From assembly GCA_002009975.1 (NCBI GenBank), contig MTLP01000042.1, positions 1 through 64,000 on the forward strand: a DNA stretch of 64,000 nt, read 5' to 3'. The position numbers and the translations under genes were made by a program. The notes under the pieces were generated by a model that saw only the letters and a program-made list of their open reading frames with translations, did not search any database and was not told where the DNA came from. Below are positions 19,655-28,076 of the stretch, piece by piece; within the stretch, counting starts at the first letter, position 1; each line of letters starts with the position of its first letter. Origin of the DNA: Thermococcus sp. JdFR-02. GTDB lineage: Archaea; Methanobacteriota_B; Thermococci; Thermococcales; Thermococcaceae.

Positions 19655-20602
19655 ATGAGACGGGTTTTCATTTCCATTTTCCTTTCGCTCGTGCTCTTAA
19701 CAGGCTTCCTTGCATACAACGCTTACACTTACCACGAGCTCAGCTCAGCGGAAGGAGCTTACAAGCTTGCTGTAATCCCAGAGAAAGAGAAACTCATTGC
19801 TGTCTACCACGGTGACAACCTCTGGCAGTTCGCGACCTACGATGAGGAAACGAACACGCTAAAGCTTTACAATTTAAAACAGTCCTCAATCCTCGATCTC
19901 AAGGACAGGAGTGTCGAAAAGATCAAAGCGATGCTCAACTACTCTCCTCTCACACTCGACCCAAAACTCCTCAAAGAGTACACGCCTCATACCCGTGCTC
20001 TTCTCTTTAAACCCCTCGGCTGGAAATACGATAATGAGATCAGCGGCTCGTACTGGAGAAACTTGAGTGAGGTGATAAAGCCCGGGGAAGAGTACTACAA
20101 GATTTATGGCGTGGGAACGAGCAGGAAACTCTGGATAAAGCGGAAGGAAGTCTGTGAAAAAGCCAGCATCTTCGCCCATGATTACGTTTGCTATGGGTAT
20201 ATTGGAGTGAGTGGTATTCTCGTGATCCCAGGGTACGAGGGTGAAAGAATGCTCTGGGTGATAGAGAAGCCCCATGATAACCAAACCGAGATGATCGCTT
20301 ACTACCCGGGCATCACACTGAAGAAAACCAAGACACCAGAAGAAAACCAAAAACCACGCAACTACACTGGAGAGGACGGTAAAATAATCCTTGAAATGCT
20401 AAACAAGTTGAAGGGAAACAAAACGGAATACGTGCAGATTGTCCTGTATGAAAAGCTAAAGAGACTCCCCGGATACCGCGGACTTGGGTGGTCTCTCGGG
20501 TCAGGAGGCTACTGCCACGTTGAAGCATGTTGCAAGGATTTAGCACAAATAAACATTTCAAAACCCTGGTGCGTTTCCCGCTGGAGGCTTCGAGATGACT
20601 AA
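19655..20602 (+). CDS. Membrane-anchored hypothetical protein; putative cognate immunity/inhibitor of C-terminus 1
   Basis: ATGA overlap with the protease stop, N-terminal TM anchor, C-terminal Cys cluster. Function inferred from context only. Confidence 0.6.
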   Translation: MRRVFISIFLSLVLLTGFLAYNAYTYHELSSAEGAYKLAVIPEKEKLIAVYHGDNLWQFATYDEETNTLKLYNLKQSSILDLKDRSVEKIKAMLNYSPLTLDPKLLKEYTPHTRALLFKPLGWKYDNEISGSYWRNLSEVIKPGEEYYKIYGVGTSRKLWIKRKEVCEKASIFAHDYVCYGYIGVSGILVIPGYEGERMLWVIEKPHDNQTEMIAYYPGITLKKTKTPEENQKPRNYTGEDGKIILEMLNKLKGNKTEYVQIVLYEKLKRLPGYRGLGWSLGSGGYCHVEACCKDLAQINISKPWCVSRWRLRDD

Positions 20603-20640
20603 GAACTGTAATCAAGCATGACTGGAGAGGTGAGCTGGAG

Positions 20641-21066
20641 ATGAAAAAAGCTTTGGTAATGTTCAGCATTTTCCTCTTCCTTTTGCTCGTTTCCTACTAC
20701 TATCTACCAGCCTACAGCATGACTGAACTCTATCAAAAAAATTCCAGAAAAAGTTCGGGAAGATTCACAACTCATAGCCGCTTATTACTCCCCGAAAACA
20801 GGCTTTGGAGGCTTAGAGAAGAACACAATAACCTGCAAGACTCAATTCAACTACTTGATAATGAAGACAAACCCAGAAAAAATCAAAGAACTCACAAACT
20901 GCGATAACTGTCAAATCCTCCTGTACTTAGACAAAATCTACCAAAACAGCGAAATTGAAACCCTATATCTCCCAATCGAACAAGTACTCAAAAACAAACA
21001 AAACACAATCTATATTGAACTCACCTTTATCAAAGATTGCGAACTCTCATCAGAGCCAAAACAGTG
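20641..21066 (+). pseudogene. Frameshifted, truncated membrane-anchored partner-gene paralog
   Basis: Removing one A from the A7 run at 20735-20741 joins the TM-anchored start to YQKIPEKVREDSQLIAAYY..., similar to YKLAVIPEKEKLIAVYH in the preceding gene. The frame runs into the next cassette at ~21067. Confidence 0.6.
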
Positions 21067-22023
21067 TTGGAGCTGTTTATTGGGAAGGATCCTGCAAAGC
21101 CAGATGTTCTCGGAATAAAACTGACGGTTGCCGTCGGATTTAATGCCAGCCAGGATTATCTCACAAAGCTCGTCAAGGGCTTCCAGAGGGCGAGTCAGGT
21201 GGTTTACGATTACACGGATGGGTATGCGATGATAACGGAAATCAGCATAAAGAACAACGTGCCCGAGGGGAGCGAGGAATGGGAGGAATCGATGATAGTA
21301 ATCCACAGCAATGAATCCAAAAAATTATACACAGATACTCCAATAATTCCCCACAATCCGGAGGAACCAGCGTCGAGCTGGGTGATTCCTATACCTGGGT
21401 ATTGGCTATGGTTTAAAACAGAAGAACAAAACAATTCAAAGCCCCACGTCCATCTTTATAAGATATACAGGGGAACATATCCAGATTCTAAAGTATACTA
21501 TGGAGGCATTGCTCATGAGTTAGGACATTTTGTCTTTGCATTGGGTGACGAATACATCACAAAGAACATATACAACATTAAAGCCGGCGAATATAAACAC
21601 CTGTACTATGACACTATAATATCGCTTTGTGGATTCAAGAACTTTACAAAGCTACCCACTATTATGGAAGCAGGAGATAAAATGACAGAATTGAGTACTC
21701 CCCAAGATTACATAGAATTCAACAACCAACTCATTAATTATTATCAACAGATTAGGGAGGTCTTGGTTCCTCTGGGATGGAACATAACAAAATGGGACGA
21801 CTTAATAACTAGTCACTTGGGCGATAATCGATACTTCTATAATGGAGCACTTCATGAGAATTTATCCGGATGGGAAGTGTTAGTGGCAATTATGAATTAT
21901 ACCGAATTTAACTATGTCAACACCACGAGGATACAGATTGACATCGATGCAAAAAAGCATATCCCCTTCGTAGGCCCATACACAGGCGTCGGATATTATC
22001 TTATAACTAGACTACAGGGGTGA
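21037..22023 (+). pseudogene. Orphan alternative C-terminal metalloprotease cassette (CT2)
   Basis: No signal peptide or clear RBS. Homology starts at ELFIGKDPAK and continues through YDYTDGYAMIT, AHELGHFVFALGDEY, ELSTP.DY and GPYTGVGYY. Confidence 0.8.
21068..21092 (+). repeat. 25-nt exact direct repeat, copy 2
   Basis: Identical to 18784-18808; marks the 5' edge of the orphan cassette. Confidence 0.9.
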
Positions 22024-22952
22024 CCACAATGCCAAAAAGGTCACTAATACAATATTTGTTCTTTTTAGTTTTTGTAATTTTAGCACTAATGCTTATAGTT
22101 TCACCCCAAGATAACAGGCCCTCAGGTGTTCCCCAAGAACTTTCTCCCTATGATGCATACTTATTATTTGCAAAGCCATGCGCAGAGAACTGGAGTGCTG
22201 ATGCCGTTCTAATCGAAGCGGAATTTATAGAGCCTCCCGCGGGGAAATGGGAACCTACTGATGGACAGCTCTACAAGCCACCATTAGAGATAGTTCAGGA
22301 ATCCAAATTCAACAACGGCCGTTCACACCTCCATGTATTCACATTCTATTTCCCCTCAAAAAAGGAGCTCCTGCTGTTAACTGTTTACGTCACAAACACG
22401 ACTAAAAAATGGGATGTGCTGGAAATATCCAAGCAGACTCCCATGGATTATTCTTCATTCAAAGTCCTTCCAGAGAGGCTCCAGGGAGTTCCCAACACTA
22501 CTCATGCAATCTTGTTCCTTGGGGAATGGCATGAAGTTGCCGATATCGGCTCTCCCAAACTAGCGGAGAACCTTACAGTTATGGAGGTCACAGTTTGGGA
22601 TACGAAGCACACTTCTATTGATGAGGGAATCCTGATTCCGATAAGAGCGGTTTTGTATAGACTTCCCAACGGCACGATTATAGTCAACTATCCAGGAGGG
22701 GTAAAGGTATCAACCAAGGCGGGTATTCCTCCCGGATTAACAACATTCAAGCTCAATAGTAGCGTTATTGCCACGTTTGAAAAGATAAGAGAAGGCTGGC
22801 ACCGCAGTGGAATAGAAAAATACGTGATAACATCAGAAACCATCAAGGGTTTCAGGCTCACAAGACTGAGTGGGCCGGGGCTCAATATCAAGGAGTGTAC
22901 GGTTAGAATCGGTAATCTATCAACAGCCAAATGTTATGGAACTCAGAGTTAA
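22020..22952 (+). CDS. Membrane-anchored hypothetical protein; putative cognate immunity/inhibitor of CT2
   Basis: GTGA overlap with the CT2 stop, N-terminal TM, ELSPYDAY and QTPMDYSSF motifs, C-terminal Cys pair. Confidence 0.6.
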   Translation: MTTMPKRSLIQYLFFLVFVILALMLIVSPQDNRPSGVPQELSPYDAYLLFAKPCAENWSADAVLIEAEFIEPPAGKWEPTDGQLYKPPLEIVQESKFNNGRSHLHVFTFYFPSKKELLLLTVYVTNTTKKWDVLEISKQTPMDYSSFKVLPERLQGVPNTTHAILFLGEWHEVADIGSPKLAENLTVMEVTVWDTKHTSIDEGILIPIRAVLYRLPNGTIIVNYPGGVKVSTKAGIPPGLTTFKLNSSVIATFEKIREGWHRSGIEKYVITSETIKGFRLTRLSGPGLNIKECTVRIGNLSTAKCYGTQS

Positions 22953-22977
22953 TGTCAAGGTGGAGGTGAAACAACAC

Positions 22978-24000
22978 ATGATTCCCAAGAGTCCAAAAAT
23001 CGCCCTTCTCTTCTTTATTATCACCGTAAGTCTTGTCTATTTCAAAATGCATTCACAAGAAAACCAAGAAACTCCCTTTGAACTTACAGCATTTGAGGTG
23101 TATACCAACATTATACAAGATGAAATAAAACGTTGGGACAAGCACGCTGTAATTATCGCAGTTCAAGGAATTGACTACAAATACCCCGTGAGGATTCCCC
23201 AAGAGACTATAAGCAACGAATTCATAACCAGCTCAAAAATTCCCACTAAAACCCTTCTTGACTACAAAGCACCATCTTGGATTTTTGTTCTATACTCAAA
23301 ACAGAGAAAAGAACTTATGTGGATTGAGGCGGCTATCTTAAAGGATCGCGCTAATAAAGAAGCGTGGAAAATTGTCAAAATAATCCAGCCAACTCCATTT
23401 GATTACTCAAAATTCGCAATTACACCTAAAATGCTGGAAAGAAATACAAGCTGGAAAATTTTGAAATCCTCCAATGGAGTTTCATACTTTGTCTCAAATC
23501 TTAAGCTACCAAATATAACGTCCAACACGACAATGATAGCAAAAGAGATTAGGGTGCTTTATTCACAGTTTCTGATTATCAATGTGCCAGTTCATGACTC
23601 GTATTTGAGTTCAAAATTCAAATTCGAACCTATTACAGGAGTCGTAGTTCTTCCGGACAAGAAGAGTTATGGCGTGGTAGTTCAAATAATTCCATGTATA
23701 CAATACCTGGAACTTTCAAGCCCGAAATTAGTTCTTCTGCTCTATAATGAAACTCACGATAGAATACTTGCAGAATATGCCAGAGCCGTATTGGAGGGGA
23801 CTGTACTAAAAACTGAGAGCAAACGAACTTCTCTTACCATTACAAGCCCTGTGCCTAGTAATGTGCATCAAGCCGAAACCATGATTAAAGAAGATTACAT
23901 AGTGTCCCACTACTGGATTGACATCATAAGGGAAGGGTTCTGTGAGGGTTCTGAGGATTACAAATGCAGGGACATTAACTACGAGTGGGTGAGGGATTAG
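22978..24000 (+). CDS. Membrane-anchored paralog of the preceding gene
   Basis: RBS GGAGGTGA before ATG 22978, TM anchor. ELTAFEVY, RKELMW and PTPFDYSKF align with 22020..22952. Confidence 0.65.
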   Translation: MIPKSPKIALLFFIITVSLVYFKMHSQENQETPFELTAFEVYTNIIQDEIKRWDKHAVIIAVQGIDYKYPVRIPQETISNEFITSSKIPTKTLLDYKAPSWIFVLYSKQRKELMWIEAAILKDRANKEAWKIVKIIQPTPFDYSKFAITPKMLERNTSWKILKSSNGVSYFVSNLKLPNITSNTTMIAKEIRVLYSQFLIINVPVHDSYLSSKFKFEPITGVVVLPDKKSYGVVVQIIPCIQYLELSSPKLVLLLYNETHDRILAEYARAVLEGTVLKTESKRTSLTITSPVPSNVHQAETMIKEDYIVSHYWIDIIREGFCEGSEDYKCRDINYEWVRD

Positions 24001-24001
24001 A

Positions 24002-24175
24002 ATGCTTACAAGATGGCATACGTTAAGCTACAACGGTGTTTACAACGTGGATGCGGGCATCTACCTTGACCTGGACTTTGATGGTGTAGCAGACTATGAA
24101 CTCCCCAAGGGATACATACCCAAAGTCGGCCCATACATAGGAGTCGGCCAATACATGATCATCCAATGGGGGTGA
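24002..24175 (+). pseudogene. Relic C-terminal tip of a third protease variant (CT3)
   Basis: 57-aa frame ...IYLDLDFDGVADYELPKGYIPKVGPYIGVGQYMIIQWG* aligns with ICMDLNFDGTCDRTFPQEYIPKTGPYTGVGYFMGVNLK*. Confidence 0.8.
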
Positions 24176-24180
24176 AGAAT

Positions 24181-24894
24181 GTGAGAATTGTCTCTTTCTC
24201 GGTCTCTATTCTTATCCTTCTCCTTTTAACATCACTCCCCGTTAATGCGGTGAGTATTTGGGATGGTCTCGTCGACAGGCCCATTTACTACATTAACATT
24301 GAAGGTTACAGTCTTACAGGAGCTCCACCATGGAACCCATTTAACGATTCCTCAATAACACGGATCAACATCGGATATTCATACAACGAAACACACACAT
24401 TCAATAAATACTATGAGAACGGAATATGGAAAGAAGGATTCTACCTCAAACACCAAAACCCCAAACCATTCACCCTCTCCGACTGGAACCTTTCAAAAGT
24501 TCTTGAAGAGTACCAGTGGGGCGTTGAGAAATACCTGCCCAACATTACCGGGAAATTTGCGGCTGGAGAATGGAAAAAGGGCTACTGGAACAGCTCAATA
24601 GCCCGGTGGAATGTAATAATCAACGCACACCAACTCAAAATAACCCTCAACACCATGGCCAGTGAAGGCTCAGGAGAATTCGATGAATACATTACCTTCG
24701 AATGCTGGCGGAATGAAAGTAATGTAACGTGCAAATGGAACAAACCAGTCTTCAAACTCTACCCCAGCCGGCCACCAATAGGAAAAGACACAACAACAAG
24801 CACGACAAAAGAGGAAAACAAAACCTGCGGGCCAGCTTTGCTGGTTGGATTAGCATTAGTTCCTATATGGGTTAGGAGGTGGCATAAGAGGTGA
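24181..24894 (+). CDS. CGP-CTERM sorted surface protein
   Basis: Signal peptide, Thr linker, C-terminal TCGPALLVGLALVPIWVRR. Confidence 0.8.
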   Translation: MRIVSFSVSILILLLLTSLPVNAVSIWDGLVDRPIYYINIEGYSLTGAPPWNPFNDSSITRINIGYSYNETHTFNKYYENGIWKEGFYLKHQNPKPFTLSDWNLSKVLEEYQWGVEKYLPNITGKFAAGEWKKGYWNSSIARWNVIINAHQLKITLNTMASEGSGEFDEYITFECWRNESNVTCKWNKPVFKLYPSRPPIGKDTTTSTTKEENKTCGPALLVGLALVPIWVRRWHKR

Positions 24895-25115
24895 AGAATG
24901 GATTATCTTTGGCTTTGCTCTTCCTCCTTTTCCTTCCTTTGGCTTCAGCTGGAAAGGTTAACCTGTTCAACCACCTGCCGGGCAATGAGACGGTGAAGTT
25001 GGTAACTTTCGAATGCCACTCAAACTGCACGCCCCAAAAATGGTTCATGGTCGATAACTTAACCATCATAAAACCCCACAACGGGACCGTATACTGGGAC
25101 TGGATATTATCTTAG
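24891..25115 (+). pseudogene. Short, probably truncated secreted protein
   Basis: GTGA overlap, RBS GGAGGTG, signal peptide ending in ASA; only 74 aa with no anchor. Confidence 0.45.
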
Positions 25116-25139
25116 AGTTCTATATCAGGAGGGATCACA

Positions 25140-25757
25140 ATGAAAAGATTGTTCATAACAATTTTTCTTTTTTCCTTGGTATTAACCCCAGCTACTCACT
25201 TCCTAAAGGCAGTTAGTCTATGGGACGTGCTAGAAGAAAATCAAAGCATTAAGTATATCCTCATTGATGGAGCTGGCCCAAATATCCCAACTAATCTATT
25301 CAATGATTCTAGCATTACGAAAGTGAAAGTAATATATTCATACAACCAAACTCATGATATCCTTGTAGAGTACACAAAAAATAGAACAACCAAAAGAATG
25401 ATTCCTACAAAGAACATCAGCCCCTTTAGGATTTCAGACTGGGATTTAGACGCATTTCTGGAAAAATACCATGAACACATCAAGATATACGATAACGCTC
25501 CCATCAAGAAATGGACTCTTGAAATTACAAATTTCGACATTGGTGTAACAGTGTTCATGGATGATGGAGTTTACAGTGAGTTTGACTGCTACGGACCAGA
25601 AAACCTTTCATGTTATTCCCAATTCCACTCCCCCAGGAAATACACACCAAACAACACGACAACACCCATCACAACAAAAAAGAACAAGAAAATCTGCGGG
25701 CCGGCTTTGTTGGTTGGGTTAGTTTTGATTCCTGCATTAACAAGAAGGAGGAAATGA
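25140..25757 (+). CDS. CGP-CTERM sorted surface protein, paralog of 24181..24894
   Basis: Shares [18 protein letters not shown] and PF..SDW.L motifs; C-terminal ICGPALLVGLVLIPALTRRRK. Confidence 0.8.
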   Translation: MKRLFITIFLFSLVLTPATHFLKAVSLWDVLEENQSIKYILIDGAGPNIPTNLFNDSSITKVKVIYSYNQTHDILVEYTKNRTTKRMIPTKNISPFRISDWDLDAFLEKYHEHIKIYDNAPIKKWTLEITNFDIGVTVFMDDGVYSEFDCYGPENLSCYSQFHSPRKYTPNNTTTPITTKKNKKICGPALLVGLVLIPALTRRRK

Positions 25758-25897
25758 GGTGGAGCAGAAAACAGCTAGAAGTTCCAATCAGTCATACTCC
25801 AAAGGTTGGCCCATACACAGGAATCGGCTACTACATGACAGTGAAGATTAACGTTAAAAGACTTACAGAATATAACATGTACCTTTTGTTAAAGTGA
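25754..25897 (+). pseudogene. Relic C-terminal tip of a fourth protease variant (CT4)
   Basis: Frame reads ...VPISHTPKVGPYTGIGYYMTVKI. Confidence 0.7.
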
Positions 25898-26020
25898 TCA
25901 CATGGCAAAAGTTCAATGTTAAGTTAATGATATGGGAAAACTGAAGAAGACTAATGCTTAACTTTTTTCCTACCGTTAGATTTATTACAACTAATCTGCA
26001 AATTTTTTTGGTGTATTGAA

Positions 26021-26830
26021 ATGATAGCTCATTTAATAAACACGGACATTGGAAATAGAGGAATCTTAAAAGTTTATCTTGAATATAGGATGCAAAACTA
26101 TAATTTTTTAGAAAATGCAGCAAAAATTTTGCTTAACAATATTGAAAACGTCTTGATTGTCACAGGCTTCCCAATTCCACCAATGAATATTTGCGAAACT
26201 GACGGAACTTTGGGGGCTTTAGCCCTTTATAATGCCATCGAAAAAGTTGGCGGAAAAGCTGAGATTTTAACCTATGAGGAAGTGGAGAAAGCCCTAAGCC
26301 CTTTTGGTGTTAAACTCGCTAGAAATCCAGAAGTTGAAGATTACTCCCTTTTAATTAGTGTTGAAACTTCTGGAAAAGCAAAAGATTGGAAATATTACTC
26401 AATGAGCGGCTTAGAAATGAAGACTAAGCCTTTCGATAACCTCTTTCTAAAAGCAAAAGAACTTGGTATCCCAACAATTGGAATCGGCGATGGTGGAAAC
26501 GAAATAGGAATGGGGAAAATAAGGGAGCTTATCAAAAAATATGTCCCTTTAGGCGAGAAGATAGGAAGTATAATTGAGACCGATGAACTTATAGTATCAG
26601 CTGTTTCTAATTGGGGAGCCTATGGTCTAATAGCTCAAGCTTCACTTGAAATAGGTAGAAATCTTTTAGAGAACTGGGAAGAGAGGAAAAACCTTGAAAT
26701 TATTGTAAAAGCAGGATTAATTGATGGTGTTTCTAAGAAAAAAGCTTTGAGCGTTGACGGAATAAGTGTTGAAGTTCATGAAAGGATGATAGAGCTTTTA
26801 AAGGAGATAATAAAAGTTTCACTTAGATGA
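26021..26830 (+). CDS. DUF4392 / D-glutamate cyclase-like protein
   Basis: VTGFP...ETDG, IGIGDGGNEIGMG and VSNWGAYG motifs. Confidence 0.85.
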   Translation: MIAHLINTDIGNRGILKVYLEYRMQNYNFLENAAKILLNNIENVLIVTGFPIPPMNICETDGTLGALALYNAIEKVGGKAEILTYEEVEKALSPFGVKLARNPEVEDYSLLISVETSGKAKDWKYYSMSGLEMKTKPFDNLFLKAKELGIPTIGIGDGGNEIGMGKIRELIKKYVPLGEKIGSIIETDELIVSAVSNWGAYGLIAQASLEIGRNLLENWEERKNLEIIVKAGLIDGVSKKKALSVDGISVEVHERMIELLKEIIKVSLR

Positions 26831-26928
26831 AAACATTTATAAAAAATTTCCCTATGAATGAGGAAACACCAGAGAAGATATTGGTAAGAAAAGACAATAA
26901 AAATTCTCTCGAGCTCAAGGTGATTAAA

Positions 26929-27543
26929 ATGAGGATTGAAGATTTCATAAAGAATGAAGAAAGCTTGGCGATAATCAAAAGAACTGAAGAATTTGCCAAA
27001 AACTTTTTTGAGAGAGAGGGAACTCATGGATGGAGTCATGTGGAGAGAGTATTAGCTTTGTGCATGCACATAGGAAGAGAAGAAAATGCTGATTTAGAAG
27101 TTTTAGCCTTAGCGGCTTTGCTGCATGACATTGCAAGACCCTTGGAGGATAAAGGAAAAGTGGAAGATCATGCTATTGAAAGTGCAAAAATTGCGAGACG
27201 CTTCTTGAAGAGCTTAGGCTATGAAAAGGTTGATGATGTTGTACATGCTATTGAAGCTCATAGATTTAATGGTTCAATAAAGCCTCAAACTTTAGAGGCT
27301 AAGATCGTAAGCGATGCGGACAAGCTCGACGCAATTGGTGCAATCGGTGTTGCAAGGGTTTTCATGTATGGAGGAGAGCATGGAAGGGACATTGAAACTT
27401 CTTTAAAGCACTTTGAAGAGAAAATTCTAAAACTAAAAGACTTGATGCATACAGAGACTGCAAAGAAAATGGCGTTAGAAAGGCATCGCTATGTGGAGGA
27501 GTTTGTTAAGAGGATTAGGAGGGAAATTGAGGGAGAGATCTAA
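26929..27543 (+). CDS. HD-domain phosphohydrolase
   Basis: HGWSHVERV, ALLHDIAR, DADKLDAIGAIGVAR; RBS AGGTGA before ATG 26929. Confidence 0.9.
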   Translation: MRIEDFIKNEESLAIIKRTEEFAKNFFEREGTHGWSHVERVLALCMHIGREENADLEVLALAALLHDIARPLEDKGKVEDHAIESAKIARRFLKSLGYEKVDDVVHAIEAHRFNGSIKPQTLEAKIVSDADKLDAIGAIGVARVFMYGGEHGRDIETSLKHFEEKILKLKDLMHTETAKKMALERHRYVEEFVKRIRREIEGEI

Positions 27544-28076
27544 CCCTGTTTCTCTAACAATAGCTCAAGATAAGATTTTCTTTCAAATTTCTTTACTCCC
27601 AAACTTTTCAAAATGTTTTTAAGTTTCTTAACTTCCTTTTCAATGCTTTTCTCATCCCTTACAAGCTTTTCAATTTCAATGAACTTACCAAGTCCTTCAA
27701 CCTCATCAAGAGATATAGTAACTCCTTTTTCAGCATAGTACTTTTCTCTAATTTTTATAACTGTGAGAACGTCCCTAAACCCTAAAGATCTCAACAAGTC
27801 TATGTAAGCATCTATATCACTTATAACAACCTCTATTTCTTTTCTCGTCTTTGATTCATTGTCTACTTTGGGACCTTTATAAGTCAAAAAACTCTCAAAA
27901 TGACCATTAAAACGCTTTATCCTAATCCTTAAGGCTTCATCTGTTTTGGAGAAATCTCTACACGGATGTTGGAAATATATGTCCTCATGCATCTCTTTTC
28001 TCATGAATTTAAACTTCTCCCTAACCTTCTCAAATATCTCCTCATCGGCATATCCTTTTAGCTCGACTTCAATCAT
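27540..28076 (-). CDS. cyaB: CYTH domain / class IV adenylate cyclase family protein
   Basis: EVELK, DEALRIR, LTYKGPK and LDEVEGLGKFIEIE motifs. Confidence 0.88.
   Translation of the reverse strand: MIEVELKGYADEEIFEKVREKFKFMRKEMHEDIYFQHPCRDFSKTDEALRIRIKRFNGHFESFLTYKGPKVDNESKTRKEIEVVISDIDAYIDLLRSLGFRDVLTVIKIREKYYAEKGVTISLDEVEGLGKFIEIEKLVRDEKSIEKEVKKLKNILKSLGVKKFERKSYLELLLEKQG

Larger units (their letters stand above)
15783..19658 (+). pseudogene. Large secreted multidomain zinc metalloprotease (signal peptide, lamin-tail, CARDB/Ig, DxDxDG Ca-binding, C-terminal CLCA-like HExxH domain), interrupted by one in-frame TAG
   Basis: ORFs 15783..18203 and 18297..19658 share a frame and 18204-18296 is open (DGIESVEVKDYQKGKLY...). 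Motifs: lamin-tail EYVILYNP...ILNNDGDTVYL; DTDFDG, DTDGDG, DADGDG, DYDGDG; GHELGHYVFWLGDEY. Confidence 0.8.

Noticed and set aside
18784-22023. Diversity-generating retroelement (TR/VR pair)
   Set aside because: No reverse transcriptase in the window and the differences between repeats are not adenine-specific.
19611-25831. CRISPR array or integron attC interpretation of the recurring 24-nt repeat
   Set aside because: Copies are about 1.7-2.4 kb apart, vary mainly at third codon positions, are not palindromic, and no cas or integrase gene is adjacent.
25610-25897. 95-aa ORF as an intact gene
   Set aside because: Its first half is an alternate frame of the CGP-CTERM gene; only the GPYTGIGYY part is meaningful, as a relic.
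15316-26020. Island as a transposon or provirus
   Set aside because: No transposase, integrase, terminal repeats or target duplication were recognisable by eye; homologous exchange is the simpler explanation.
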